The translations under genes and the position numbers were made by a program. Under the pieces are notes generated by a model that saw only the letters and a program-made list of their open reading frames with translations, was not told where the DNA came from and did no database searches. Below, one piece after another: positions 20,301-28,876 of a stretch of 42,388 nt of DNA (position 1 is the stretch's first letter; the number at the start of each line of letters is the position of its first letter). This DNA is from Anaerolineae bacterium. Its GTDB lineage: Bacteria; Chloroflexota; Anaerolineae; Epilineales; Epilineaceae. The stretch spans positions 1-42,388 of the forward strand of contig JAJCYU010000044.1 of assembly GCA_029262755.1 (NCBI GenBank), read 5' to 3'.

Positions 20301-23300
20301 GACGCCTTCCTGGCCAACAACCAGGACGACAGCACGGTCTTCATTCGCACCGAGGCCGACCTGCGCGTGCGCAAGTTCGGCAAGCCGGACGCACAGGTGC
20401 GCGCCGACGAGCTGCTGACCTACACGATCATCGTCGACAACCTCGGCCCGAGCTGGGCCCATGGTACGACCGTGACCGACGAGATCGTCTCCAGTGGCCT
20501 CTTCGATGTCATCGCCGTCGATCCGGACGTCAACGGCAACCGCCCGACAGCCGTGTGTACGCTGACCTCGGCCAACGACGGCGGCTTGAACGTGGCCATC
20601 CCCAACGCCGGCGCCGGCTCACCCGCCGTGCCGGTGGCCGCCGATGTCGACGAGCGCGGTACGCTGACCTGCACGCTGCCCGATACGCCGGACCCCGTGC
20701 CGCCCTTCTCCATCGACGACCTCGAGACCTTCGGCGGTCCCTTCGGCGGCCCGAATGCCGGCCGCTGGATCGTGGAGATCGTCCTGCGCGCGGCAGAGGC
20801 GCAGTCGATCAACGACGTCGCCTCGGTGTCGAGCGACGACACGGACGTCGACGCATCCAACAATGAGGCCTTCGTCGAGCACGACATCACGGACGTGGCG
20901 GACCTGGCTGTCGAGAAGACGGCCGTCGGCCGCGTGCGCGATCTCGGCTGCGCCGTGCCGGCCACCGCGAGCGACGTTCCGGACCGCGTGACGGCCGGCT
21001 TGGACGTAACCTACTCGATCACCGTGACGAACGGCGGCCCCTCGACAGCGGAGAACGTGCTGTTGATCGACCGGCTGCCGCCGGGCATCGTGGTCACCGG
21101 CTACAGCGTCGTGGACCTCAGCGGTGCGCCGTCCGGCAACTGCGATACGGGCACGCCGGGCGAGCCGCTCGACAAGCTCACCTGCGGCCTCGGCACGCTG
21201 CGCGAGGGCGAGGGCCGCGTGGTCACGATCGACGCCGACGTCGGCGCCGACGTGCGCGACGGCACGATCCTCGAGAACGACGTGCTCGTGACCTCGGACG
21301 TGTTCGACATCGACAACCGGAACAACTTCGATAGCAACCTGACGCTGGTCGACGCGCAAGCCGACCTGGCGATCGACAAGGACGACGAGCCGGACGCGGT
21401 CGTGGCCGGTGAAGAGCTGACCTACCGCCTGACCGTCACCAACGCGGGCCCGAGCTTCGCGCCCAACGTGGTCGTGCGCGATCAGCTGAACCCGAACCTG
21501 ACCTTCTTGGGCTTCCAGGTCATCGGCGGCCCCGGCGTGTGCAACGTCGACACGGGCAACCTGGTCACGTGCCAGCTCGGTACGGTGGCGCCCAACCCGC
21601 CGCCGGCCCTGCCGGTGGTGGTCGAGCTCTTCCTGCTGGTCAACCCGGACGCGCCCGCCGTACCCATCGCCAACACCGCGACGGTGACCAGCGGCGTGGC
21701 CGACCCCTGTCTGGTCAACAACAGCGACGACGACACGACGGAGGTCGGGCAGAACGCCGACCTTGCGCTGCTGAAGTCGGTCGACGATCTCACGCCCGTC
21801 GCGGGCGGCGAGGTCACCTTCGCGATCGACGTGGTCAACAACGGTCCTTCGGATGCCCAGAGCGTGACCGTCACCGATCCGGTGCCGGCCGGCCTTGTCT
21901 TCCGCAACCAGAACGACTTCTGCACGCTCGCCGGCAACCTCATTACCTGCGAGATTCCGCTCGCGGCGCCGAACAACACGCTCGAGGTCGGGCAGAGCTA
22001 CGGCTTCGACCTCGTCTTCGACGTGCTGCCGGACGTCACGCCCGGGGCGATCATCACCAACACCGCCACGGTGCAGTCCGCGACGGCCGATCTCTTCACC
22101 GCCAACAACAGCGACGACAGCACAATCTACGTCCGCACCGAGGCCGACCTGCGCGTGCGCAAATTCGGCAAGCCGGACGGCGCGGTGCGCGCGGGCGAGC
22201 TGCTGACCTACACGATCATCGTGGACAACCTGGGGCCGAGCTTCAGCCACGCGACCTACATGACCGACGAGATCGTGGCCAGCGAGCTCTTCGATGTCGT
22301 CGCCGTGGACCCGGATGTCAACGGCAACCGCCCCACGGCCGTGTGCACCCTTACCTCGGCCAACGACGGCGCGTTGAACGTGGCGATCCCCAACGGCGGC
22401 GCCGGTATGCCCGGCGCACCGATCGCGGTGGACGTCGACGAGCGGGCCACGCTGACCTGCGTGCTGCCCGACACGCCCGACCCGGCCGGCAACCCGCCCT
22501 TCAGCATCGACGATCTGGAAACCTTCGGCGGTCCGCTGCAGGGCGCAAACGCAGGCCGCTGGATCATCGAGGTCGTCGTCACCGCACGCCAGACCTCGTC
22601 GATCAATAACGTGGCCTCGGTCTCCAGCGATGACGTCGATCCCGACCAGTCCAACAACGAAGCCTTCGTGCAGCACGCCATCACGGACGTGGCCGATCTG
22701 GCCATCGAGAAGACGGCCGTCGGCGAGATCGTCCAGCCCGGCTGCCCGCCCGTCATCGCCCTTGTGCCCGACGCGGTCACCGCGGGGCTCGGCGCGACCT
22801 ACACGATCACCGTCACCAACAACGGTCCCTCCGACGCCGAGAACGTGGTGGTCGTGGACCGCTTGCCGCCCGGTGTAGTGGTAACCGGCTACCAGGTCGT
22901 CGATGCCACCGGCGCACCCTCCGGCAACTGCGACACGGGCACGGCCGGCAGCGCGATCGACAAGCTCACCTGCGGCCTCGGGCTGTTGCGTCCGGGCGAG
23001 CAGGAGTTCGTGACCGTCGAGATCGACGTCGACGCCGACGTGCTAGCCGGCACGATCCTCGAGAACGACGTGTTGGTCTTCTCGGACATCTTCGACATCG
23101 ACAACACGAACAACTACGACACGAACCTCATGACCGTCGGTGCGAGCGCCGATCTGGAGATCCTGAAGGACGATGATCCGGACACGGTGATCGCAGGTGA
23201 GGAGCTGGAATACACCTTCACGCTGCGCAACCTCGGGCCCTCCTTCGCCCGCAACGTGCGGATCTCCGACCAGCTCCATCCGGACCTGATCTTCCTCGGC

Positions 23301-26300
23301 GCCACGATCACCGGCGCAGGCGGAACGTGCAGCGTCGATATCACGAACCTGTTGACCTGCGCGATCGGCACGATCGCGCCGAACCCGTCGCCGCTGCTGC
23401 CGGTGGTGGTCGAGGTGCGGATGTTGGTCGACGAGGACACGCTCGTGACCTCGATCGACAACACGGTGTCGGTCACGAGCGACACGACCGACCCCTGCGC
23501 CGACAACAACACGGCCGTCGAGAACACGATCGTGGGGCAGAACGCGGACCTGCGGCTGCTCAAGACCGTGAGCGACCTCACGCCGGTGGCCGGCGAGGAA
23601 GTGCGCTTCCACATCGACGTGCGCAACTTCGGCCCCTCCGACGCGCAGAACGTCATCGTCACGGACGCCGTGCCGGACGGTCTGCTCTTCCGCAACCAGA
23701 ACGACTTCTGCACCGAGACGGCCGGGTTGATCACGTGTGAGATCCCGCTCGCGGCGCCCAACAACGTGCTGGTCGACGGGGCGGGCTACGCCTTCGACCT
23801 CGTCTTCGACGTCGACAGCGACGTCGCGCCCGGCGCGATCATCGTCAACACCGCCACGGTGAGTTCCACCACGCCCGATCCCTTCACGGCCAACAACACG
23901 GACGACAGCACGATCTACGTGCGCACCGTGGCCGACCTGCGCGTGCGCAAGTTCGGCAAGCCGGACAGCGCGGTGCGTGCGGGTGAGCTGCTGACCTACA
24001 CGATCATCGTCGACAACCTCGGCCCGAGCTTCAGCCACGCGACCTACGTCACCGACGAGATCGTCGCGAGCGAGCTCTTCGATGTCGTCGCGGTGGACCC
24101 GGACGTCAACGGCAATCGCCCGACGGCCGTCTGTACGCTCACCTCGGCCAACGACGCCGGCCTCAACATCGGCATCCCCAACGGCGGCGCCGGTGCGCCG
24201 GGCGCGCACATCGCCAACGACATCGACGAGCGGGCCACGCTGACCTGCGTGATCCCTGACGCGCCGGACGTACCCGGCACGCCGCCCTACCCGCGCTCCA
24301 CGGACGACCTCGAGACCTTCGGCGGCCCGCTGCAGGGCCCGAACGCCGGCCGCTGGATCGTCGAGGTGGTCGTCACGGCCGACCAGACGAGCAACATCAA
24401 CGACGTCGCCTCGGTGGCCAGCGCGGACACCGATCCGGACCTGGCCAACAACGAGGCCTTCGTCGAGCACGACATCACCGACGTGGCGGACCTGCGGGTC
24501 ATGAAGACGGCCCTCGGTCAGAACCACATCGGCTGTGACAACGAGATGATCGCGCTACCGGACAGCGTCACGGCCGGCGGAGTGATCAGCTACACGATCA
24601 TGGTCCAGAACTTCGGCCCCTCGGACGCCGAGAACGTGTTGATCTTCGACCGCCTCCCGCCTGGCCTCGTGGTCACCGACTACAGCCTGGTCGACGAGAT
24701 GGGCGCGCCGAAGGGTGACTGCGAGACCGGAACCCCGGGCGAGCCGTCGGATCGGCTGACCTGCGGCGTCGGGACGCTGCTGAGTGAAGACGCGGCCGGC
24801 GTGCCGGGCGAGAAAGCGACGCTGATCGTCACGGCGACGGTGGACACCGCGCTGTTGGACGGCACGATCCTCGAGAACGACGTCTTCGTCGATTCCGACA
24901 TCTTCGACATCGACAACTCGAACAACCACACAAGCAACCTGACCACGGTCAACACCCGGGCCGACCTCGCGATCGTGAAGACGAACAAGGGGCCGAACCC
25001 GGTGCCGGCTGGCGAGAGCCTGGTCTACCAGATCGACGTGATGAATCTCGGCAAGAGCGTCGCACGCGGTGTGGTGGTCAGCGACACGCTGCCGGCGGGG
25101 CTGTTCTTCGAGACCGCCCTGGGCGCCACCTGCTACGAGGTGCCCGGCATGCCCCAGATGGTCGAGTGCCAGCTGGGCGACATGGCGGTGGGCGAGACCC
25201 GCACCTTCTTCCTCTCCATCGGCACGGAGCCGGACACGGTGCCCTCGCCGGACATGATGATCACGTTGGTCAACACGGCCGAGGTCGACAGCCGCACCAT
25301 CGACCCGTGCCCGGACAACAACATCGCAACGGCCGACACGCCGGTCGTGCGCGAGTCGGATGTCTACGTGTTCAAGACGGACCTCGTCGACCCGGTCATC
25401 GCCGGCGAAGAGGCCGCCTACCGCATCCGCTTCGGCAACAACGGTCCATCCGATGCCGTGCTGGTCAGCCTGACCGACACCCTGCCGGTCGGCTTCACCT
25501 ACAACCGCTGCGCGCCGCTGGATCCCAACGACAGCGTGGAGTGCATGGTCATCAGCGGCGACGGCGTGATCACCAGCCAGGTGGTTCGCCTCGAGAGCCT
25601 GTCGATGACCAACTACGCGCGCTTCGTGGACGGTGGCGATTTGGCCGCCGGCGCGGAACTCACCTTCGACCTCATCGCGGACGTGGCCAGCGGCTACGTC
25701 TTGGACGGCCGCGGCGACACCGCGCCCGGCGAGGGCGCGCGCGCCTTCGGCGAGGCGACCGGCTACCCGCATTACGCGAACAACCTTGTGATGATCACCT
25801 CGTCGAAGGACCCGGCGCCCTTCGTGCCCTACCCCTTCGGTGGTGCGTCACCGGACTCGCGCATCGCGGGTCCCGGCTTCCCGGACGTTGCGGCATCGTC
25901 CGGCGCGCAGCCAACCGGTCTGTTCCAGGGCGGCGAGCCGCCGATCGAGCGCAACAACTGGGACAACGAGATCACGCGCGTCAACGCGCTTGCCGATCTC
26001 GCGATCCACAAGACCGATATCTTCGGTGATCCGGCCCTCGCGCCGGACAACTGGTTCCTGATGTGCGATCCCGTCCAGCCGGGCGGCATGATCACCTACA
26101 CGTTGTCCATCACCAACACCGGCCCCTCCGACGCGGCCGAGGTCATCGTGGAAGACTGGCTCGACGAGCTCTACGTGGTCCACGACCCCGTTCGAATCGA
26201 TGTCGAGATCGTCAACGACGAAGGGCTTGTCGAGGAGATCCGCGACACCGGCTACATCGAGGTCGTCGCCGGCCGCGACCGGAACTTCCTCAACCAACGC

Positions 26301-28733
26301 GAGTTGGGCCGCATCAATGCCGGCAACAACGTGGTCATCTTGATCCGCGTGATGGTGCGCCAGGATGCCCCCTGCGGCAGCGAGGCGCTCAACACGGCCA
26401 GGGTGAGCACGCGCGCCAACGATATCGTGTGGCCGCCGGTCAACGGGCTGCCCCTCGGGCGCACGCCGACGGCCGATCCCGACCTGAGCAACAACACCGA
26501 TATCGAGCTGACCGCCATCGAGTGCGCTTCGCTCTCGGTCAACAAGACGATCAGCCAGGACGGCACCTGCCCGGGCAAGGAGAACGCAAACCTCATCCCG
26601 GGTGCGCAGGTGACGTTCTGCTACGAGATCACGAACACGGGCACGACCTACCTCGACAACATCATGGTCAGCGACGTGCTCCAGACCCGGAGCGAGCCGT
26701 GGGGGACCGAGATCTTCACCGCGACCATCACGGATGTCGGCGATCCCAAGATCCCGGTGCCGCCCGGCGCCACCTTCGTGCTCTCCACCACCGTAACCAA
26801 GCTCGACTGCGAGTGCGGTGACAACACGAACGTCGTGACGGTCAAGGCCGACGCGGTCAACGCCGGGCGCACGTTGCTGCCCTGCATCGACGTCGAGCCG
26901 GTCTCCGACTCCGCGACGCTGTTCGTGGCATGCGGCGGCGCGGACACGCGCCTGCAGCTGCCGATCCTCGGCCCCGAGGAATGCGAGCCGCTGCTGGCCA
27001 TCCAGAACCTGGGCGACGAGATCGCGCGCGGTATGCTCGTGGTCTGGGGCGATCCTGGCGCGTGCCCACCGCAGGCTTCCGGTCCGCTCAAGATCGAGTG
27101 TACGGGCCTCATCGTGCCCGGCTCGTCGTGGTACTACCCGGCCAGCCTGCTGCCGCAGGGCGCCCGCTCGGGCATCCTGTACTCGCTAAACACCACCAAC
27201 GACGTCGACACGCCGCGCGGCGGCGAAAAGTCCTTCGACAAGCTGGCCTGTGAGTCGCTCTTCGACCTCGTGGTCGGCAACGCTTCCGAGTGGGAGTACT
27301 TCGACGAGAACTACCGCGCGGGCGGCACCTACCTCGGCCCGAAGGACATCAACGGCAACCAGGTCGTGCTCGACTTCGAGGCCAACCAGGGTGAGCCCCT
27401 GGCCGTGGTCGTCGATCGCACATGCCCGGATCCGACCGACCAAGGGCGCAGTGTCAGCGCCGCATACATCGGCATCTCGACCGACTACGAGGGGGCGCTC
27501 AACCCGATTGACGGCGGCTACGCGCTGCACGCGCCGCTGCTGTTCGCCAACCGCGCCGACCTCAACAGCCTCATCCACATCCACAACTCGGGCACTTACT
27601 GCAGCAGCCTGGAACTGTGGATGTCGGACACCGACAACTGTCTGCGCCCGGTCCTGGGCGATGTCCTGGCCCTTGCGCCGGGCGAGACCGTCACCTTCGA
27701 TCCGAACACGGTCGTCGGCCCTGACTGGTTGGGCAGCGCGTTCATCCGCGCCTCGCAGCCGCTCGGCGTGGTCGTCGACACCTTCGGACCCAGCCTGTTC
27801 ACCAGCTACCGCGGCGTTCCGGCCGACATCGACCTCATCGAGTTCACGGTCGGCTCGTTCATCAACTACGCGCCGCTGACCTATAGCGAGTACCAAGGCT
27901 GGGACTCGGCGATTACCGTGCAGAACCTCTCCGGCGTGCACGCCGCCAAGGTCAAGGTCTACTTCCTCGACCGCTCCGGCGGCATCATCAACACCCTCGT
28001 GGACTGGATCTGCCCGCGCGGCAACCAGACCTTCTTCCTGCCGCTGATCGACAGCATCCCGGGCAACTGGGTGGGCAGCGCGCGGGTGGAGAGCCAGGAG
28101 TGGTTCGCCTGGGGCTCCAACCTCGTGGAAGCGCCCCGGATCCAATCCGTGGTCACGTTGGACAAGTGGATCGACCCGCAGCGTTCCGAGCGCATCGAGG
28201 CCGTCGCCTACAACGCCCTGACCGAGAAGCTGGCCTTCGACTGGCAGATCGGAACCAACAAGGGCGGCCTGACGGACGGCTCCGCGGTCATCGGCTTGCC
28301 GATCCTGGCCAAGGGCAACCGCGGCATCACGAGCGAGATCGCCATCACGAATCTGGTGCCCAAGCCCGGCTTCACCGACTTCGCCATCTACCTCTACGAC
28401 CAGAACGGCCTCGTGGACTTCTACTGCCAGAAGCTGGGCGAGAAGCAGGTCGAGTACATCGATCTCTCGCAGCAGGGCGCCATCCGCGACGGCTACCTGG
28501 GTAGCGCCGTGATCAGCGCCACGTTCTGGGAGCACCATGTTTGGGACAATCGCGGCAACCACCAGCGCAACCTGGTGGGCTTGAGCGCGATCGTCGTGGA
28601 GCGGATCGGCGGGACGTTGCTCGGGCCGGACGTGCCCGGCGACGAGTCGAAGGCCTACGAGGGCATCCCGATCTTTACCCGCTTCGTGCCGCAGCGTGAC
28701 GTTCTCTGCCCGGGGTTGCCCGGACCGCGCTAG
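14325..28733 (+). CDS. Giant secreted DUF11 (TIGR01451-type) repeat surface protein, 4802 aa
   Basis: ATG 14325 follows GAGGGGG; signal peptide; about 27 modules with DLxxxK...G..TY.I.V.NxGPS.A..V.V.D.LP...N.A.V...D...NN; distinct C-terminal region of about 600 aa. Confidence 0.93.
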   Translation: MISRAYSRLNALALGVAALVLAATALAMLAPGSAAVSAARVAPEGVDARPQAPERAMLASATEVITYRQNFPTFLVFGVEATIDCDDTAVPGEDPGAFTCTYTVENVSENEISGTSIEFEDRIQLAVDIQGADYAIADARDFVGDWQHNGTIFSTRPLAPDEVASFTVDFYFPSDAAVESNGPLAATVLVTSDGTDDNEGLLGDLDVPFTFTPQALVELDKIVLNDEASAGAFVLFELTASNDGPSDVRGASITDLLAGQLTGQAIVAPDQLTDFDLAANDIATFVISAQLPDTAPPNSTFGNTATLTAPGVTLDGASVTTAMVDGTVGFAFLPPTDMSIVKSIAPPGTITPGEDVTFFLDVTNNGPQIAQNVVVSDQLYDIPSFPGASCTGPNDDWTSGGTIVRRLRGMPIGATERITCIYSVPPDAHQVASGTPVNVAFVAASNPEPDAPAAARANNSVSVPVPLQAESTVGIDKTLLNNPVPPDGTAFFEIAVCNDGPSDVAGLRVIDTPGTNLDAPTLILSPDVSAPGSLYVPAGQCRDAIATARVSDPAPPGASFSNLAAIDTSAVPANRGPGSTLDPIIVLSPPEAAATGEVGQFLPPVDLELTKLPSAVVAGASGEAVVLQLTNPVDSTLAEGVIISELFPFEAVIESVSGPYVVDQGGTLVRTAPMPPDTVDDIVIVFSVHPDTLEGPETNTAVATSDNPESDPADNIAQAPIQVSRVVDLSIDKSDLVDPVRAGEVATYLIRITNNGPSSVSSGEIVVIDTLRPAGFGIEYAGGSPECLDTLPICTIPPAGGRIEPGETYDLELAFRLPDDFDPANGPLMDTASASWRGQPPVEATEETDVVPGSRADLHLIKFVKPDEQVAAGETFTYSLFVDNLGPQTAFDLVLEDTMVSSGSYDVLSIVSDSGGTCNPTSGSSSGVNNSFVFSCTLASLPIFERWTVTVVAQADEAQDVNNTARVFMDDDLRPGIPVPVDPNPDNNYVERALNVAGTADLSVTKAAVGRVRDAGCQVPPTASDAPDRVSAGLDLTYTMAVTNDGPSEAVAAELWDRLPPGIVVTGFTVTDAAGAPAGSCTTGAAGSAIDPMICSLGTLAAGETVTVVVEADVMADVPDQTILENDVRVTSDTFDDDESNNRATNLSTVVAQSDLAIAKDDTPDAVIAGEGLTYRLSLVNFGPSVATDVVISDQLHPDLTFVGYQLINGSGVCNVDTLNLVTCQVDPVAPNGPPGLPVVVELFLTVNPDAAAGLLPNFASVNSASNDLCVDNDLAFEQTVVSQSADLAVFKRARNVAPIAGEQVTFEVVVRNNGPSDAQGVVVTDTVPAGLVFLDQNDNCALAAGVITCEVPVAAPGNILGAGQSTSLDLLFDVVPNVAQGAVITNTAIVSSATPDTMLVNNSNDSVIFVRTVADLRLRKIGKPDGAVRAGDLLTYTIFTDNLGPSWAHGTFVTDEILSDGLFDVVSIDPDVNGNRPTAVCTLTSANDGALNVAVPNAGAGSAGAPLASDVNQRATVSCQLPDTPDPTPPFSADDLEVFGGPFGGPNAGRWVAEIVVRATEMASINDVASASSLDIDPDASNNEAAVEHEVVDIADLAVVKTAVGQVRDLGCAVPPTASPVPDRVTAGLGVTYTITVSNSGPSLAENASLVDRLPPGIVVNGYQVLDGVGAPAGTCTTGTPGSAADPMVCDLGSLAVGEQRTVIVTADVGAGVADGTLLENDVSVSSNTFDDMNANNRDTNLTRVGAAADLSIEKEGDPAAVLAGEGVTYRIAVRNLGPSVAPNVVVRDALDSNLTFLGSQIIGGSGSCAVDTGNVVTCQLGNVTPNPAPALPVVVELFLQVNTDAPAGVIVNTATVASDVTDPCGANNSDDATTDVTQGADLAVLKATDDLTPVAGGEVTFSIDVVNNGPSDAQGVTVTDTVPAGLIYRNQNDFCSLLGTLITCEVPLPAPDNTLEVGQRYAFDLVFDVLPDVAPDAIITNTATVQAITPDAFLANNQDDSTVFIRTEADLRVRKFGKPDAQVRADELLTYTIIVDNLGPSWAHGTTVTDEIVSSGLFDVIAVDPDVNGNRPTAVCTLTSANDGGLNVAIPNAGAGSPAVPVAADVDERGTLTCTLPDTPDPVPPFSIDDLETFGGPFGGPNAGRWIVEIVLRAAEAQSINDVASVSSDDTDVDASNNEAFVEHDITDVADLAVEKTAVGRVRDLGCAVPATASDVPDRVTAGLDVTYSITVTNGGPSTAENVLLIDRLPPGIVVTGYSVVDLSGAPSGNCDTGTPGEPLDKLTCGLGTLREGEGRVVTIDADVGADVRDGTILENDVLVTSDVFDIDNRNNFDSNLTLVDAQADLAIDKDDEPDAVVAGEELTYRLTVTNAGPSFAPNVVVRDQLNPNLTFLGFQVIGGPGVCNVDTGNLVTCQLGTVAPNPPPALPVVVELFLLVNPDAPAVPIANTATVTSGVADPCLVNNSDDDTTEVGQNADLALLKSVDDLTPVAGGEVTFAIDVVNNGPSDAQSVTVTDPVPAGLVFRNQNDFCTLAGNLITCEIPLAAPNNTLEVGQSYGFDLVFDVLPDVTPGAIITNTATVQSATADLFTANNSDDSTIYVRTEADLRVRKFGKPDGAVRAGELLTYTIIVDNLGPSFSHATYMTDEIVASELFDVVAVDPDVNGNRPTAVCTLTSANDGALNVAIPNGGAGMPGAPIAVDVDERATLTCVLPDTPDPAGNPPFSIDDLETFGGPLQGANAGRWIIEVVVTARQTSSINNVASVSSDDVDPDQSNNEAFVQHAITDVADLAIEKTAVGEIVQPGCPPVIALVPDAVTAGLGATYTITVTNNGPSDAENVVVVDRLPPGVVVTGYQVVDATGAPSGNCDTGTAGSAIDKLTCGLGLLRPGEQEFVTVEIDVDADVLAGTILENDVLVFSDIFDIDNTNNYDTNLMTVGASADLEILKDDDPDTVIAGEELEYTFTLRNLGPSFARNVRISDQLHPDLIFLGATITGAGGTCSVDITNLLTCAIGTIAPNPSPLLPVVVEVRMLVDEDTLVTSIDNTVSVTSDTTDPCADNNTAVENTIVGQNADLRLLKTVSDLTPVAGEEVRFHIDVRNFGPSDAQNVIVTDAVPDGLLFRNQNDFCTETAGLITCEIPLAAPNNVLVDGAGYAFDLVFDVDSDVAPGAIIVNTATVSSTTPDPFTANNTDDSTIYVRTVADLRVRKFGKPDSAVRAGELLTYTIIVDNLGPSFSHATYVTDEIVASELFDVVAVDPDVNGNRPTAVCTLTSANDAGLNIGIPNGGAGAPGAHIANDIDERATLTCVIPDAPDVPGTPPYPRSTDDLETFGGPLQGPNAGRWIVEVVVTADQTSNINDVASVASADTDPDLANNEAFVEHDITDVADLRVMKTALGQNHIGCDNEMIALPDSVTAGGVISYTIMVQNFGPSDAENVLIFDRLPPGLVVTDYSLVDEMGAPKGDCETGTPGEPSDRLTCGVGTLLSEDAAGVPGEKATLIVTATVDTALLDGTILENDVFVDSDIFDIDNSNNHTSNLTTVNTRADLAIVKTNKGPNPVPAGESLVYQIDVMNLGKSVARGVVVSDTLPAGLFFETALGATCYEVPGMPQMVECQLGDMAVGETRTFFLSIGTEPDTVPSPDMMITLVNTAEVDSRTIDPCPDNNIATADTPVVRESDVYVFKTDLVDPVIAGEEAAYRIRFGNNGPSDAVLVSLTDTLPVGFTYNRCAPLDPNDSVECMVISGDGVITSQVVRLESLSMTNYARFVDGGDLAAGAELTFDLIADVASGYVLDGRGDTAPGEGARAFGEATGYPHYANNLVMITSSKDPAPFVPYPFGGASPDSRIAGPGFPDVAASSGAQPTGLFQGGEPPIERNNWDNEITRVNALADLAIHKTDIFGDPALAPDNWFLMCDPVQPGGMITYTLSITNTGPSDAAEVIVEDWLDELYVVHDPVRIDVEIVNDEGLVEEIRDTGYIEVVAGRDRNFLNQRELGRINAGNNVVILIRVMVRQDAPCGSEALNTARVSTRANDIVWPPVNGLPLGRTPTADPDLSNNTDIELTAIECASLSVNKTISQDGTCPGKENANLIPGAQVTFCYEITNTGTTYLDNIMVSDVLQTRSEPWGTEIFTATITDVGDPKIPVPPGATFVLSTTVTKLDCECGDNTNVVTVKADAVNAGRTLLPCIDVEPVSDSATLFVACGGADTRLQLPILGPEECEPLLAIQNLGDEIARGMLVVWGDPGACPPQASGPLKIECTGLIVPGSSWYYPASLLPQGARSGILYSLNTTNDVDTPRGGEKSFDKLACESLFDLVVGNASEWEYFDENYRAGGTYLGPKDINGNQVVLDFEANQGEPLAVVVDRTCPDPTDQGRSVSAAYIGISTDYEGALNPIDGGYALHAPLLFANRADLNSLIHIHNSGTYCSSLELWMSDTDNCLRPVLGDVLALAPGETVTFDPNTVVGPDWLGSAFIRASQPLGVVVDTFGPSLFTSYRGVPADIDLIEFTVGSFINYAPLTYSEYQGWDSAITVQNLSGVHAAKVKVYFLDRSGGIINTLVDWICPRGNQTFFLPLIDSIPGNWVGSARVESQEWFAWGSNLVEAPRIQSVVTLDKWIDPQRSERIEAVAYNALTEKLAFDWQIGTNKGGLTDGSAVIGLPILAKGNRGITSEIAITNLVPKPGFTDFAIYLYDQNGLVDFYCQKLGEKQVEYIDLSQQGAIRDGYLGSAVISATFWEHHVWDNRGNHQRNLVGLSAIVVERIGGTLLGPDVPGDESKAYEGIPIFTRFVPQRDVLCPGLPGPR
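17322..24959 (+). repeat. Intragenic tandem super-repeat with a period of about 1788 nt (596 aa, four DUF11 modules); four full copies plus a partial one
   Basis: The DPDVNGNRPTAVC motif starts at 18732, 20520, 22308 and 24096, exactly 1788 apart. The matching GC dipeptide starts at 17370, 19158, 20946, 22740 and 24531. Confidence 0.95.
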
Positions 28734-28840
28734 ACGGCGCGCCCAGTCAGGACCCTCTCGTGGGTGCTTTGCCGCGCCGTCGAGAGACATTCGAATGAGC
28801 ATCCGCCCCGATGACTGCCACGCGCGTGATCGGGGCGGGT
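28733..28840. other. Two intergenic stem-loops downstream of the DUF11 gene
   Basis: GACGGCGCG (28733-28741) pairs with CGCGCCGTC (28773-28781); CCGCCCCGAT (28803-28812) pairs with ATCGGGGCGG (28829-28838); no following U-tract. Confidence 0.45.
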
Positions 28841-28876
28841 CGCAGCCCTCACCATGCGGGACACCGGAGGAAGCTC

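Noticed and set aside
17322..24959. Repeats as a CRISPR array or as DGR template/variable repeats
   Set aside because: They are kilobase-scale, in-frame protein-coding repeats with no spacers, no obvious adenine-specific variation and no reverse transcriptase or cas gene in the window.
15027..28802. Many 300-730 aa alternative-frame and antisense ORFs within the DUF11 gene
   Set aside because: They are shadow frames with Arg/Gly/Val-biased composition that mirror the repeat of the real gene.
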